A DNA stretch of 64,000 bases, from assembly GCF_036321535.1 (NCBI RefSeq), contig NC_087437.1, forward strand, positions 106,456,001-106,520,000, given 5' to 3'. Below the pieces are notes generated by a model that had not been told where the DNA came from, did not search any database, and saw nothing but the letters and a program-made list of their open reading frames with translations. Positions 23,641 to 37,794 of this stretch are shown one piece after another (positions within the stretch are counted from its first letter, which is position 1; every line of letters begins with the position of its first letter). The stretch is from Camelus dromedarius. Lineage: Eukaryota. Both the position numbers and the translations under genes were made by a program.

Positions 23641-26529
23641 CCACTGCCCAAGTAAATACCAGAATTCATGCTGCATTTTAGTAATTTTGCCCAATCACGA
23701 GACCAAGGCTACTGTGCAGCAGTCACTAACACCTCAGAAATCCTGGGTAACAAATGCTGTTAAATTCCAGAGCAGATATAATCATGAGAATTGGCCAAAA
23801 GGTCTCTCATTGCTTCCATCACGAAACATCAGGAACTTAAAATTACATGCAAACAGCATGAAACGTGTGCCCATCCTCTGTTCTCAGAAATTATATCCAA
23901 TGAGAACATAAATAAATTTAAGGAAGGGAGATAACTCTTACAGTTAAAACACCTGAACTGTCTTACCATTATTAAGTCAATACCATGCACTTTTAACAAG
24001 GTGCACTGTTCAAAACTCCTTGTACCATTCTGAGAGTATCCTAATTTTCAAAATTTGGGCAGCTGTGATTCAGTCTTGATTCCTCTTGACTTCTTACTCT
24101 TCCAGTAACAGAATCACAAAAGGTCAGACATTGGAAGAGGTGATAAATTTGTAGTGGGGCAAAATGGTTCAAGGCTGAGAAAAACAGATGTTTGGGCTGA
24201 AATCCACCCTGCTTAAAAACTCCAGAAAGCATTTTTCTTCAAGGGGACTAAAGATTTCCACTAAAACACACAGCTGCTACCTGCCCAAGGAATCAGAACG
24301 TCTACTCAATTGGACACGTGGATTAGCTAAAAAGGCGTGCCTGTGAAAATGACATGCATGTTTAAATGAACTGTTTTTTCATGTGCTGGATTTCTTTTAC
24401 TAGGTTTGATTTTTTTCTTAATTGCAAGCTCTGTGTTGAGGAAATTCAACTGTAGGCCTTTGTATATTTTTTGAACAGCAACTGAGAAAGACCAGTATTT
24501 TTTAAAACTGTGGTTTCTGGCCTGTAATTGAATTGGGCTGGAATTTAAAAAAAAAATTTTACTGAATTTTTAATAAATACATTTAAACAATTTTTAATAA
24601 TAAAACCTTTAATAAATTATGTCCAGCCTAAAACATGAACAACACTGAGTCGAGAAACTCAACCACAGCCCAAGTAAATACCAGGATTCATGCCGCATTT
24701 TAGTAATTTTGCCCTATTAAATAAACATAAATAAACATTCCCTAATAAAGAAACACAATTTATTAAAATAAGTATCTTTAGCTGATTATTTCCTCTTCTA
24801 ACATTGAATTGAAGAAGCTTGACACAAATAAAACAGTGTGGAAGGTGGAAACAAAGCACTACTAGCCACGGAAAATTTCAAGCAAAATCAAGTTCAAAAG
24901 TATAATTTTCTATGTGGTAACACAGATCTTTCTGAATATACTAAACCACTGACTTTACACTCTATGGTATGCAACTTGTATTTCAATAAATTTATTACTA
25001 AACATAGAAAATTATATACATATACACATCACATGTGATTTTTTATATGGCTCTGTTTCTCACTCTCACATTTTAAGCTAACTCTCTGAGTGGGCTTTTA
25101 CATCGAGACCATTACACTACATGGAAAGAAGTTTGTCAAAGCCATGCTTTAGTCCACCTCTACCAAAGCATATATCAAACATCTCAAAATCAATGACCGG
25201 TGCCATGGGGCACAAAATAATAGGCTGCCACCAATCACATCTATGGCCAGTGCTGATGCCCGTTCTCTCAACATCATTTGAAAGGATGCTAGATTCTGGT
25301 CCGGGAACAGGAGTGGATCTTACTTGCCCGTGGTCATAACACACGGAGAGGTGAAGGCTTCCTCTAATAGGAGCAGCCATTATCTCTTTGCCCGGCTCCC
25401 AAACCCGACATGGAGCTTTATTTTCATCGTGGGCCAGTGTGCGGCTACCAGGCCCCCAGCGAAGGTACATGAGTACATTTCCACGTTCACAGCATGTCAA
25501 GCTCACAGTTTTCTCCAAATTTTGCAAAAAGTTAAACGTGAATGAGAAGCAAGAATCCTGTTAGTGAATTATGGAATACCTTCTAAGTGGCACGTCCATT
25601 ACAAATAGGTAACACTGGAGACGTGAGAATCAGGCTAAGCTCTGTTTGCTCTGCCCTTGATCAATGCAAGCTGCTCTGATTTATTTATGAGACTTCCTGG
25701 ATCTGTTCTATTTGGTGCTCTGTTAACTGGCAAATTCCTTCTCCTTCAAAAATCACTCAAATGCTAATTTCCTGGCAATGCTGTAGTTGATTGAAACTTC
25801 TGTCTCTAGGCTGAGCACTTGCCTTCCCCTGTGCCTCCAAAGTTCCTCCCTAGCCAGGCCAGAGAGACTGGTTTCTCCCCAAGAGTGAGTGTGCAGCTAT
25901 GGAAGCAACCTGAGCAAGCCACCCCCCGCATACCCCTGCACCCCAGGAACGGGTGTAGCACCCAGTACCTAGGAGTGCCTTGGTGGTGGTGGAATGCATG
26001 GCAGTAAATCTCACGTATTAATGGTTACCAGAGGGAGAAGAACAATAATTTAATTCTGTGGAGTTCGGTCACCTAGCCCAAGGCAAGCAACATTTAGATC
26101 AAACTTGTAAACTTCATCATCATATTGGTAAGTTGAAAGTGCCACCTCTATCGGTGTCTCTGTTCATTTAAAAGAAGAACTTCCAAGGGGTTTAAAATAC
26201 CTTCAAGAAATGAAACTCTATCCTGAAATGCAGTGGCATTTAATGCTATCTTGGTTCAATTTTCAGCCAGACATAAAATTTAACTGCAGATATTTAAATA
26301 TACAGTACATTCACAAAAGGTATTTTAATCAAGAAACCAAGTTTACGTTGTTTTTGTCCTTAACATATGTCCATGAATATCAGCTCTCTCATAAAAATGG
26401 ATACTTCACAGTTAGGCTTTTTATATTTTAAAAAGATACTCTGTTGGCTTACCTTTGACATTTCTAATTAGTAGCAAACACTAGTTTTCTGGAGAATCAA
26501 AATGATGCTTGTAACCACAGCAATCATAG

Positions 26530-26750
26530 CCGCTTAGGTTAACTGAGCACTTACTGTCTAACAGGAACAGTGCTAAGTGTTTCCCGTGGATTACTTCACT
26601 TAATCCTCACAAAGTGGTTAAAATTAGGTAGGTATTGTTAAATCCCATTTTCCAGAGGGAAGCAATGAGCCATGGAGATTATTTCACTGACACAAATCTA
26701 CACAGTTAGTAGGTTGTAAAGCCAGGATTCAACTCTAAACAGCCTGTGTT
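26530..26750 (-). mobile_element. MIR SINE
   Basis: actgagcacttactg...gtgctaagtg...taatcctcaca...cccattttccagagg...ccaggattcaac. Confidence 0.7.
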
Positions 26751-27058
26751 TGTAAACAAATTGGAATATTTAGAAGGTGCCAGGCATTACACGATTAAGT
26801 GCTTAACATGGATCATCTAAAGTAATTCATATAAAAAAAATGCACCATCATCCTAGCATCTATGAAACACACATGAAAAAACAGACTTACCAAGGTAAGT
26901 CTCACTTAACTGGCTCAAGGCCCTAAAATTATTAAGTTCTCTCTTTAAACACTTGACTCGTCTGCCTCTCACCCTAAGAAAACTACCGTGATGAAATTAA
27001 CTTGTTATGGTAGTATGTGAAATATTAAAACCTTCTAGTATTTTTCAAATGATCAGTA

Positions 27059-27272
27059 TCAGAGGTTTCCTGTAAAGGCCTGGATAGTAAATATTTTCAG
27101 CTTTGCAGGCCCCATGGTGTCTTTTGCAAACCACTCAACTCTGTCTCTGGACTAGGAAAACAGCCATCGATAATGTGAAAACAAATAGGATTGGCTGTGT
27201 CCTAATAAAACCTTTTGATTAGAAAACAGATGACAGGCCAGATTCAGCTCATGGCCAGAGTTTGCCAACCTG
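27059..27272. mobile_element. MER58A-like element
   Basis: ctgtaaaggcctggatagtaaatattttcagctttgcaggcc...ggctgtgtcctaataaaac...gagtttgccaacctg. Confidence 0.8.
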
Positions 27273-28892
27273 TGAGCCATAGCCATCATTTGATATAATA
27301 ATAATAGATTATAATATAATAATAACAATAATAATTATTATTATTTAAATAAGAATTCTAAAATTTAGGAAATGCTCAGAGTGAAATAATAGTAAGATGA
27401 ATATATGTCTATAGTGAAGGAATACACTTTTACGAGGGAACACAGGTTAAACTGAACTAGTGTGTATTCATAAACAAAAGGAAAAAGAAAAGCTTGACAT
27501 TAGGGTAGTAGAAATATCCTGCAAATCCTGGCTTCACCACTGACCAGCTGTGTGACCATGGACAGTTTTTTAAAAATTTCTCTCAGCTTTAGCTACCTTG
27601 GCTTTAAATGGGGAAGTAAAATTTCAACCATGCAGCATATTCAAGGGTTAAAGGAATCACTGCCCCAAAGGGCAAGGGGAGTGGTGATTCTGAAAACACA
27701 AGAAATTCCAGCCTGATGCCTCATCTGTCACAACAGTGATAGCCAACTCCCCCATGATACCTTCCACAGGAGGAAAGTGCCCGACCATCAGCAGAGGCAG
27801 AATATGTATTTGCTGAATCAATGAACATTAGGGGAAAAAAAGGTCACTCTGGATGGCCAAAACTGGCTAGATTAAATCAAAGACTATGTCATTTATTAAA
27901 ATACCCATATTGAATCAGAGTTTAGAACTCATGGTTGAGTCACAGATTACCCCGATGTCTTAGGTTCATGAAATGCAATCCTATATCAAAACACAGGAAA
28001 CTGGGAGCCAGTGTCTCATATACTATTGTTGTACTCAAAGTGGCATTGGCTTACTCCCCTAGGTCAAAACCAGAGATCCTAAAGCCAAACGGATGTTGTG
28101 CTCACTTCCCCACAAGCCCTCTCTCCTCTGGAATCAGTGACACAGTCGGAACTAACACCTTGCATGTTGGTATCAATGATTCTAATACAATATGGCTGAA
28201 CGTTTTATGACCATGCTGAAATGTCCTGTTTTCCCTTCCTCTGCTCCTGTCTTTCAAATTTTAACAGGTTACAAAACTATAGAGTTTTCTAAATTTTTTA
28301 ATATTTTTATTGAAGCACATTAAAGACTCGTATTAGTAGCAATATGTTGGTAATGAAGAAACAACTTTCTTATTAAGCACGGTTGTAAATCACACTTCCT
28401 CTTGGGCACTGAAACATTAACATTGGAAACTAGATTGTAAGCCTCTTTTCAATCTCTCTTCTCTTCAAGTCATTTCCAGGTTTTATTTTCAGCCCAGGAT
28501 CGGGCAACTTGTAGTGAGAGTTCACAAGGTGAGCCATCACTTACGGCACCGCCATCATTCTTCACCAGGGAAGAGCTGTAACTCATCTTCCACACCAATG
28601 GTGTGGAGGGAAAGGGCTCTAGGTAGCTGGCCCCTTTACTGTCACCATCTAGAGCTTTGACTTCTTTATCGGAATTAGCTGGGAATACAGAAAACTCTGA
28701 CACGGATGCAATATACCATAACATGTTTCTCCTCTTAAGGTTCCTTTCCCAGAAGGACTTGCCTCAATGACAGCTTTTGTCCATTTCAGGAGTCTTAGAT
28801 GGGTGGATGGATTCCCATTAAAGGCTCTTTTATTCCTAGCATTAATAGCTGATACCGCTAAATGATCAACTATTTGCTTTTAGAAGGTTACC

Positions 28893-29404
28893 TTTTTTTC
28901 TTTTTTTTAAATTGAAGTATATAGTCAGTTTATACTGTTGCATCAATTTCTGGTATACAGCATGTTTCAGTCATATACATACATAAATATATTCGTTTTC
29001 ATCTTCTTTTTCATTATAGGTTACTACAAGATATTGAATATAATTCCCTGTGCTATATAGTAGAAATTTGTTATTTATCTGTTTTATATATAATAGTTAG
29101 TATCTGCAAATCTTGAACTCCCAATTTATCCCTTCCCACCTCCTTTCTTTCCTCTGTGGATAAAGAATATGTGGTGTGTGTGTATGTGTATATATATATA
29201 TACACATACACATACACACATACATATATATATGTATACAATAGAATACTAATCAGCCATTAAAAAAAGAATAAAATAATGCCATTTGCAGCAACATGGG
29301 TGGACCCGGAGACCGTCATTCTAAGTGAAGTAAGCCAGAAAGAGAAAGAAAAATACCATATGATATCACTTGTATTTGGAATCTTAAAAAAAAACAAAAA
29401 CAAA
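28893..29404 (-). mobile_element. 5'-inverted (twin-primed) L1 fragment
   Basis: Antisense 3' end at 28893-~29155 is joined to a sense upstream L1 segment (tggataaagaatatgtgg...gccatttgcagcaacatgg...gaatct). Degenerate TSD tagaaggttacc / tagaggtaac. Confidence 0.8.
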
Positions 29405-30824
29405 TAGAGGTAACTTTTAATGCTCTTCTTGACATCAGCATTATTAACTTATCTTTTAAGGCTACTTTTTCTTTTTTTTTTTATCTTTAGCCTGAGATTT
29501 TTTCCCCTAAATTCTCCTTTAATTGCTTTGTCTTTCTATAAAAAAATACTACAACATATTTGTCCCTCTGTTCTATCTTAATACCTAACAATGCTACATT
29601 TGGAGAAAAACTGAAGCAAGAACTGGATTTACTCAGAATTTAACAAGACCATATTATCCCAAGAGAATTCTGTCCTGGTCTGAAATACAGGCATAAATTT
29701 ATGCGGCATTCTCTCATACACTGCATAAATTATGTCCTCCCTGTTCATCCATCCCCTCAACAGCAGTAACAGAGAACAAAATCTCTTCACTGTTTCTACT
29801 AGAAAAACCCCCAGCACACAGTAGGTCCTGAATTGACCACTCTTGGTTAAGATCCACACTTGCCAGCCTGGCATTGAAGGTCTCCACAATTTAGTTCCAA
29901 CCTAATATCCTGTAACCTTCTTATGGCAGATTTATCTGCTCCAGTTTAAACTGGACTGACCCTGTCTCCCAAGCATGCCATGTGCTTTGCCAAGGCACCA
30001 CATTGGTTTTCCTCTTCCTACTGACTCTAAAGGAGGCTACAAGAAAACCCATCAGGAGCTCCACCACGAGCCTTTCCAGTTCTCCTTCAAGTGCCATCTC
30101 TTTCATAGACCCTTCTCTGATCAATCTCTTATTCTTTGAAATAGGCTCTGGGCTTGTAGGTTTTGCAACACAGACGTCACATTTCTTTGACCTATGCTTC
30201 CTACTAGACATGAACGCCCATGAGTGTCTGCTGCCCTGTGTATTCTCAGTTTGATCGATCCACTGAGCCCAGCAAAATGGCTTGTACCAAAGAGGTACTC
30301 CAAAAACAAATGTGAGCAAGTGGGCAATGTTGATTATGCAGACAGCTATCTTGATGGAGATCACAAGACCTGGAGTCCCGCAGCAGAATATTCGCTGCTG
30401 TAATATGCAGTCACACGTCTTTTAGGTTTCAAGAAAAAGAAGCCCTGAAAAATCTGTCCTTTCCACGCTAGGAAAATAGAAGCTAACAAGTTCATGTGGA
30501 CGATCTGCCACCAATGATCCCAGGAGGGGCATGGAAAAGACCCTGGGAAAGAGTATCTTGTGTACTTGAAAAACAGTGGCTCAAACAAAATGTGCATTTA
30601 CTTAAATGTAAGGAGTTGCCATTAAGTAGATGATAAAGTTAAACAATCTATCTTGTACTATATGTTTATTTCTATAGTATATGTGATACTCCCAATAGAT
30701 TTTTTAAGCTAACTCTGAGTGTTCAAGTCAGAATCTCAGTTTTAAAAGCTTCAAGTTAAAGAAATGCAGAACTTATTTATCGATAGGTTATTATTAATGT
30801 TATTCTGCCTAGTAAGTTTCACCT

Positions 30825-31130
30825 TAACTACTATCTTAAGCGAAAGCAGCCAGACACAAAAGGCCACGTGTGACCCTACTTGTATTAAATGTTGAGAAAA
30901 GGCAAATCTGTAGAGATGTAAAGTAGATTAGTGGTTGCTTGGGGCTGGCAGTGAGAGCAAGGATTAACCGAGTGGGTGTGAGGGCTCTTACTGGATAATG
31001 AAAATGTGCTAAGACTGGTTTATGGTGATGGTTTCACAGTTTGATAAAGTTATTAATGCCACTGAATTATATGCCTATACCCTTAAAAAGAGTGAATTTT
31101 ACATGTAAATTATACCTTAATAAAGTTATA
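30825..31130 (+). mobile_element. L1MB-type 3' end fragment
   Basis: gaaagcagccagacacaaaaggccac...aggcaaatctgtagaga...agtagattagtggttgc...aattataccttaataaag. Confidence 0.75.
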
Positions 31131-32189
31131 AAAGATGCAGTGAAGGGAAGAAGATACTACAATGATCATTAATAACTTACTTGAGGCAAAAAAAAAGTAT
31201 CCCATTTTAAGCTCCAATTTAACAATGGAGCTGAAATCAATAAAAGTGAAAGCAAGACTTACAATGTTGTAACATTTGTGGATAGACTTTAAAAGTATTT
31301 GCAATACATTAAAACTCAATAATTCTGTATATATTCATTCAATCTGATTCTAGAGCCATCTTTTACAATTTGCACAACAAATGCACACCCTTTAAGGAAG
31401 GCATACCCAAAGATTCACTAGTTTTGGTTGTTTAATGTAAACAGAATGCTTGTTTTTATTTCATGGAGACAAGAAGGAAGTCTTTTAGTTCATTCAGTTT
31501 CTAACCTTTCCAATAAGAGCTTAACTAAACAGAAAAAGAAAGTCTAAGATCTTAAAGATACATCTACCTCTCTGAGAAGGCACTGTCACTTCCCCCAATA
31601 AGATAATGGAAAGACAACATAAGTCATACAAGTTAAGTTTCACAGCAAACAATAATGCGATACTTACCAAATACCCTTCTTCTGCTTTAGTGAAATCTAA
31701 CCGCAATTACTTACTCAACTAAGATATACTGAAAATTTTCTCTAAGGCAGGCACTCTGCACCATACTAAGTAAAATTCAGCCTTTGACATCAAGGAGCTC
31801 ATAGTCTAGGAGGCGGAAGAGGCAAAGACAACGGAGTGTAATAAACACCACTGTCAGGAGAACGCCAAGGAGGTCCCCCAACTCGGCCTTTGTCAAATGA
31901 CATGGCGCCCAGTTAGGTAGGGTTCTGCCCAACAATGTGCCAAGAAGCATACACACAGGCACAGAATAGCCTGTAATAGCAGGATTTCACGTGATTTGAA
32001 ATGAATTGTTGGACTGCTTGTTAAACCAAAAAGAGTTCAACAAGAATAGGATAGCTTTGTTATTGTGGAATTTTTACTTGTGGTTGAGGACGGCAGTGGT
32101 GGTAGGTTGGAGAGAAATTTCAAACTCTGGTGTGACGGCTTCCTTTTCCCCTGAGAAGGAAAATTCAAGAGTGGAGGGATGTTGAGGGT

Positions 32190-32602
<413 letters not shown>

Positions 32603-32747
32603 TTAAGAAGGAATGTGGTGCTAAGTTAAACACACACACAAGGTTCGAAGCCAGCAGGTCAGAGTATGAATCCCAGCTCAGTAGGTCTGCAACTTTTTAC
32701 CCTTGAGCACAGCTCTTTTTAGTTTGCGCAGCTGCAAAACGAGGATA

Positions 32748-33125
32748 CCATGATTCCAACTATAGGACATTCTGGAAAAGGCAAAATTATGGAGACCATA
32801 AAAAAGATCAGTGGTTGCTAGGAGTCTGTGGTGAGGAAGGAAAGGATGAAAAGGCAGAGCACAGGGCAGTGAAATTGCTCTGTAAGATACTCAATCAGTG
32901 GATACACAACATCATGTGCCAAAACCCACAGAACCATACGACACGAAAAGTGAACTCTAATGTAAACGATGAACTTCAATGAATAATAATGCATCGACAT
33001 TGGTTCAAGTGTACAATACTGATGCAAAATGTTAATAATGGGGGAGGGGCAGAGGGAACTCTGTACTTCCTGCTCAAATTTTTTCTAAACATAAAACTGC
33101 TCTAAACAATGAAGTCTATTAAAAA
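32748..33125 (+). mobile_element. L1MC-type 3' fragment inserted into a MIR (MIR halves ~32615-32747 and ~33150-33235)
   Basis: tgattccaactataggacattctggaaaaggcaaaattatggagac...gtgaactctaatgtaaac...aaaactgctctaaac. Confidence 0.8.
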
Positions 33126-33324
33126 GGCTGGGGTGGGGGAGGGGGAACAAAACAGAGTTTACTGTATTACTGGGATGACCTCTCGTAATGTATGAGAAGA
33201 CAGCACACAGCACTTGCATAGTAGATATTCAGTAAAGGGAGGTGGAAACTGGTTCAAAATGGCTATTGAAAGTTTAAACTGGAACGGGAGAGGGAAGAAG
33301 AAATTGGCTTAAATAAATCTGTAA

Positions 33325-33610
33325 TACTCAATGGTCAGCTGAATATACCAACAAAATGTAGTCTGTGCACCTAATGGAACATTATTCAACATAAAAAGGG
33401 ACGAAGTATTGATACATGTTACAATATGGATGAACCTTGGAAACCTTATGCTAGGTGAAATAAGCTGAATTTAAAAGGACAAATATAAAATGATTCCACT
33501 TATTTGTCTGGGATGATGAAAAAGTTCGGAAATGGAGGTGATGGTTACACAACATTTTGAATGTGCTTAACATCACTGAGTTATATGCTTAAAAGTGTAA
33601 AATGGTGAAG
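33325..33610 (+). mobile_element. L1MB-type fragment
   Basis: aatggaacattattcaacataaaaaggg...atggatgaaccttggaaaccttatgctaggtgaaataagc. Confidence 0.7.
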
Positions 33611-33687
33611 TGTTGTATGAAACTATTGAAACTACAGCCGTGTTCCTTTTTGCTAGTTGTGTAAACGTTCTAGAATATCAGATATTT

Positions 33688-33870
33688 CAGTGGTTCTCAA
33701 ATTTCAGTGAGTATCAGAAGGATGCACCCAAAAATCTTATTAAAACAGAGATCACCAGGCACCACCCCCAGGTTTCTGATCAGTGGTCTGGGATGAGGGC
33801 TGAGAATTGGGATTTCGAACAAGTTCCCAGGTGATACTGACGCTGATGGCTGGGGGACAATGTTCTGACA
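33688..33870. mobile_element. MER5A-like element
   Basis: cagtggttctcaaa...ttattaaaacagagatc...ggtctgggatgagggctgagaatt...aacaagttcccaggtgatactga. Confidence 0.8.
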
Positions 33871-36800
33871 TATGCAATACTGAGAATAATGGTAGCAGAC
33901 AGGCAGTAAGTCACAGCGTAATTGGCAAGGGGGTCAGGAGTAGTATTTATGGCATTAAACATGTACATACTTAATCAGACTGGTAAGTAATAAGTCTGCA
34001 AATGTGGATGGCCAAAGAAGACCACATCTGGAACAAAATCAGTTAAGTCCTAGTAGGATGTTCTTGCGGCAGTCATGTACCTACCAGTACAGACGTGGTC
34101 GAGAGCATGTGGAAGATGACAAATAAAGATTGGAATGTAAGTGTTCAATAGTGAAAGCGTATCACGTGTCATCTGGCTGGAGAGGAGAAATAGAAATTTC
34201 ACCCTTGATCAGATCACAAAACCCATACAGGAGAAAGATGTAGATGTGCTGGAGGATGTCAGCTCACCAGAGCATCTGCCACAGGTCCTATTTGGTAAGT
34301 AGCACCAAAGGAAAAGGATTTATTTATGCCTTGTTGACATTTAAATTTTAGCCCAGAGCTGATGCCTGCCTACACGGAGAAGCTCCCTGTTGGGAAAAGT
34401 GACAGGAAGCTGGGGGGTTGGTATCAGCCACAACATGAAGCCTTGGGATGCTAGTGTGAGTTCCGCATTGTACAGAAAATCGGATTTCAAAAATGGCAGG
34501 GAAAAGAGTGGTGTAGGGAGCCAGAAAGGAAGATGGTAGAAGGCTTTCAAATACTGAAAGTCTGATAAGATAGCCACAAATGCTGAGGGTGAAAAAGAGA
34601 AAGATATGTGAAGAGGGAATTCCCTGACTAACTCAGAATTTAAAGGACTATTGCATATGTGTATAACCCCCCACCCCAAGTGGAACGTCTTTCTAATCCA
34701 GATTAAATATGAGAAATGGATAATAAATGAACTTATCCAAAGAAGTTGAAGCATGTGGCTAAAGATAAGAATGAGGTGCAATTTATCAGACAGAATAACA
34801 TTAATAGTAATAATCTATCAATAAATAAGTCATTATTAATGGAATAAATGAAGTGAAGTGAATAAAATAAAGATGACTTAATCTATGCCATCAGCCAGTT
34901 TAGTGTGTTGGGGCTATCTTTCGTATTCAGACAAGATCGTAGGCACCAACACTATATAGTTCTCTAAATTTGGGGGAAAATTCAGGTTAAACCAGGGGGG
35001 GAAACCCAATCAAAAGCGTCTTCCCCTTAAACCGTGATGAATGCATGCTGTCTTGAAGCAGGAGTGGAGTGACAGGATCCAGGTGTGTGATCCAGGGTTA
35101 GGACAGCACTGTGCTTCCAGGTGGGATGGTGAAAACACGACCCGGGTATCCCCAGGGACCTCCCCCAACAGTCTCTGTTAAGACTGACATGTTGCATTTA
35201 AAACTCCAAACAGAAAACATGCTTATGAAAACAGCTGTGTTTTAAGTGATCTGCATTCTGGTATGTGTCTGGCCAGGAAAGAGTGAAATAGATGCCTATC
35301 ACCCATCACTGCATCTGCCTGAGCAATTTACTGGCATAATAACAAGGACTCGAGATCCATGATGGTTCAGCTGGCGGAGGAATTAAATTACTTCGCCTAA
35401 GAGAACTCGGGTCCAGTTCTTATTACCATAGCTTTGATTCCTGGAATTAAATTTAGATGTCCATGAATTCAGTGATCTATTTGGACACTATTAAAACAGC
35501 AGCACACAGTTATGTTTTAATGAATGTGGCATCTTCCCAAAGAATGCCCAACCGACCAACATTACAATTTTTAACTGCAGTTTTCATAAATATCTGGAAA
35601 CACAGAAAGGGGAAAAAATTACTTTTCTACCCTCCTTTTTAACTGCTGGACAATGTCATTCTGTGATGTGATTAAGGTGAGTAGGTTTTTAGAGAGCTGA
35701 TCACAGCAGAAGAAAATGCAAGGAAGTTTATGGAAATGAGATGCTGAGAATCATAAAGCAACTTCCTTACAAACAAACAAACAACTTACAGTAACGCAGT
35801 CCCCTGGTAACACGGTGGAACATTCATATCACATTCACATATTTCAGCATATGTCAATTTACAGTAGACACCTTTTACAGCGTTTAAATTCCAGTAATAA
35901 GAAACACTTCTAAAGAAAGAGGAACTATCTAAAAATGCTCATCCCCTCAGGAGTGTCTGAATTTAATAAGAAGAGTAAAGGGTCAAAGGGACATTATTAT
36001 GAGGAAATAAACCACTGATGACAAAATCGTGCGTGTTGGCACACAAGACTTCAGTTTGGTGAAGGAGACACTGCATCACAAAGGGGATTTAAGCCTGACC
36101 TTGACAGAGTCCATTTGACCCCCTGGTATTTCCTTTAGAGAGTGAGAGTGTTTGACTCCCATACTAGTTTTAATTCCTTTTTGTTTAAGTCACGCAAAAC
36201 AATTCAATTCACCATTTGCATTCTCTAAAAAAAAAAAGTCTATATTTATTCTTTCATTGTCTCTAAGACTGAGTCTTTTTTGCTTCCCCTTCATAGGACA
36301 AAGGAGAGGAAATGGCAGAGAGAAAGCAGGTCTCCATGGTTTATATGAATTGGACAACCACGAGACCTGACTGTACAGCAGTGATGGGGGGAGAGTCAGA
36401 CAGAACAGCTGTCGGTTCTTGAAATGTAAGGACCAACCTGGGACCAGACGGACAAGTCTCAACAGGAAGCTACTCAGACACTTCCGTGGTGATCTAGAAA
36501 GGGGAAGGAGTCTCCCAGAGTTGGGAACAGGGAGAAAATAAAACAAAAACTGTAAACAGACAGTTCTTTCCCACCCCTTCTGCCCCAGGTCTTAGCGCCG
36601 CCAGTTTAGCCTGAAAGGTACAATGACTGGATAAGTCAGTTTATCCTGGAGGAAAGCAGTTCCCAGCACTGCTGCTGAATTAGGAAAATCAGAAGTTGCT
36701 AGAAAATGTCAGAAAATATAAAGGAAAGGAAGTCAATTCTTCATGGTTCTGAGCAAATGTTTTGAGGGGAGGACAGCTAAATAAGAAAAAAACCCGTCTC

Positions 36801-37794
36801 TTTTCCACTTAAAGGCACCATTAGAAGCCAGACATACAAGAGGATACACTGTCTTTTTCCATTTATATAAACTATGAAAACAATGACTTCTCACCACCGG
36901 TAGAACTCAGAGGAGCTGTTGTTACACTTTGGCAAAGGGAAGGTTAGTGACTGGGAGGGAACAGGAGAGAGGCTTCTGGGGGCTGAAGTCAGGCTCTGTG
37001 TTGACCCGGCTGTCGGCTATCTGGTTGTGGTGAGTTTTGCAAATCCATCGAGCTGTAGACCTGTGTTTTATGTGCATTTCTCTTTACGTGCATCACAGTT
37101 CAGCATGAAGCATAAAAAGGGAGAGGACTCTGCTACTGTGACGCCTCACTCTTTGTAAATACCCTCACCACTGGTCTTGAATAAGAGCGTGTTAATTAAT
37201 AAAATCGTTATTTTCAGGGTCTCCAAATCTGAAAAAAATATACCTCCACTCTACACCCCCCTTATAAGGAGCTGGATGCAAAAAAAAAAAAAAAAAAAAA
37301 GAAAAAAAGAAAGAAAGAAAAGAAAGTTTATGATTCATAAATCTACGGCTCCTTCAAACATCACCTCATTGAATTAGTTAAGTAACTAACTCTCTAAATT
37401 AATTAATTAATTCATTTAGATAGTCTAGATATTTTGTAAATGAATTCGATGCTCAGAAAATTCAATCTACCATATGTTGATAATTACTAAAAAAAAGTTA
37501 TCTACTTTTAATGTTGTACTCTTAGAATCTCTGTTACCTACAGGTAACATCATTTAAAAACTGATTCCCCACAGCTTTCTCTTTAGCAGTCCACTGAGTT
37601 TCAGCACAGTTGTTTTGATGACATTCCTTAGGTAATGGGTATATTGATTTTTCAATGAAACGATCTCTGAGAATTTAATTAACCTTCTCTCCTGAAAAGT
37701 GCCCTGCAGCAGAAACGGTTTGTAAGCTACCCCAAACGCATTCCTAACTCCTTTCCCCGTGGCTTCTTTGACCAGAGAAAGTAAGAAAACGAAC

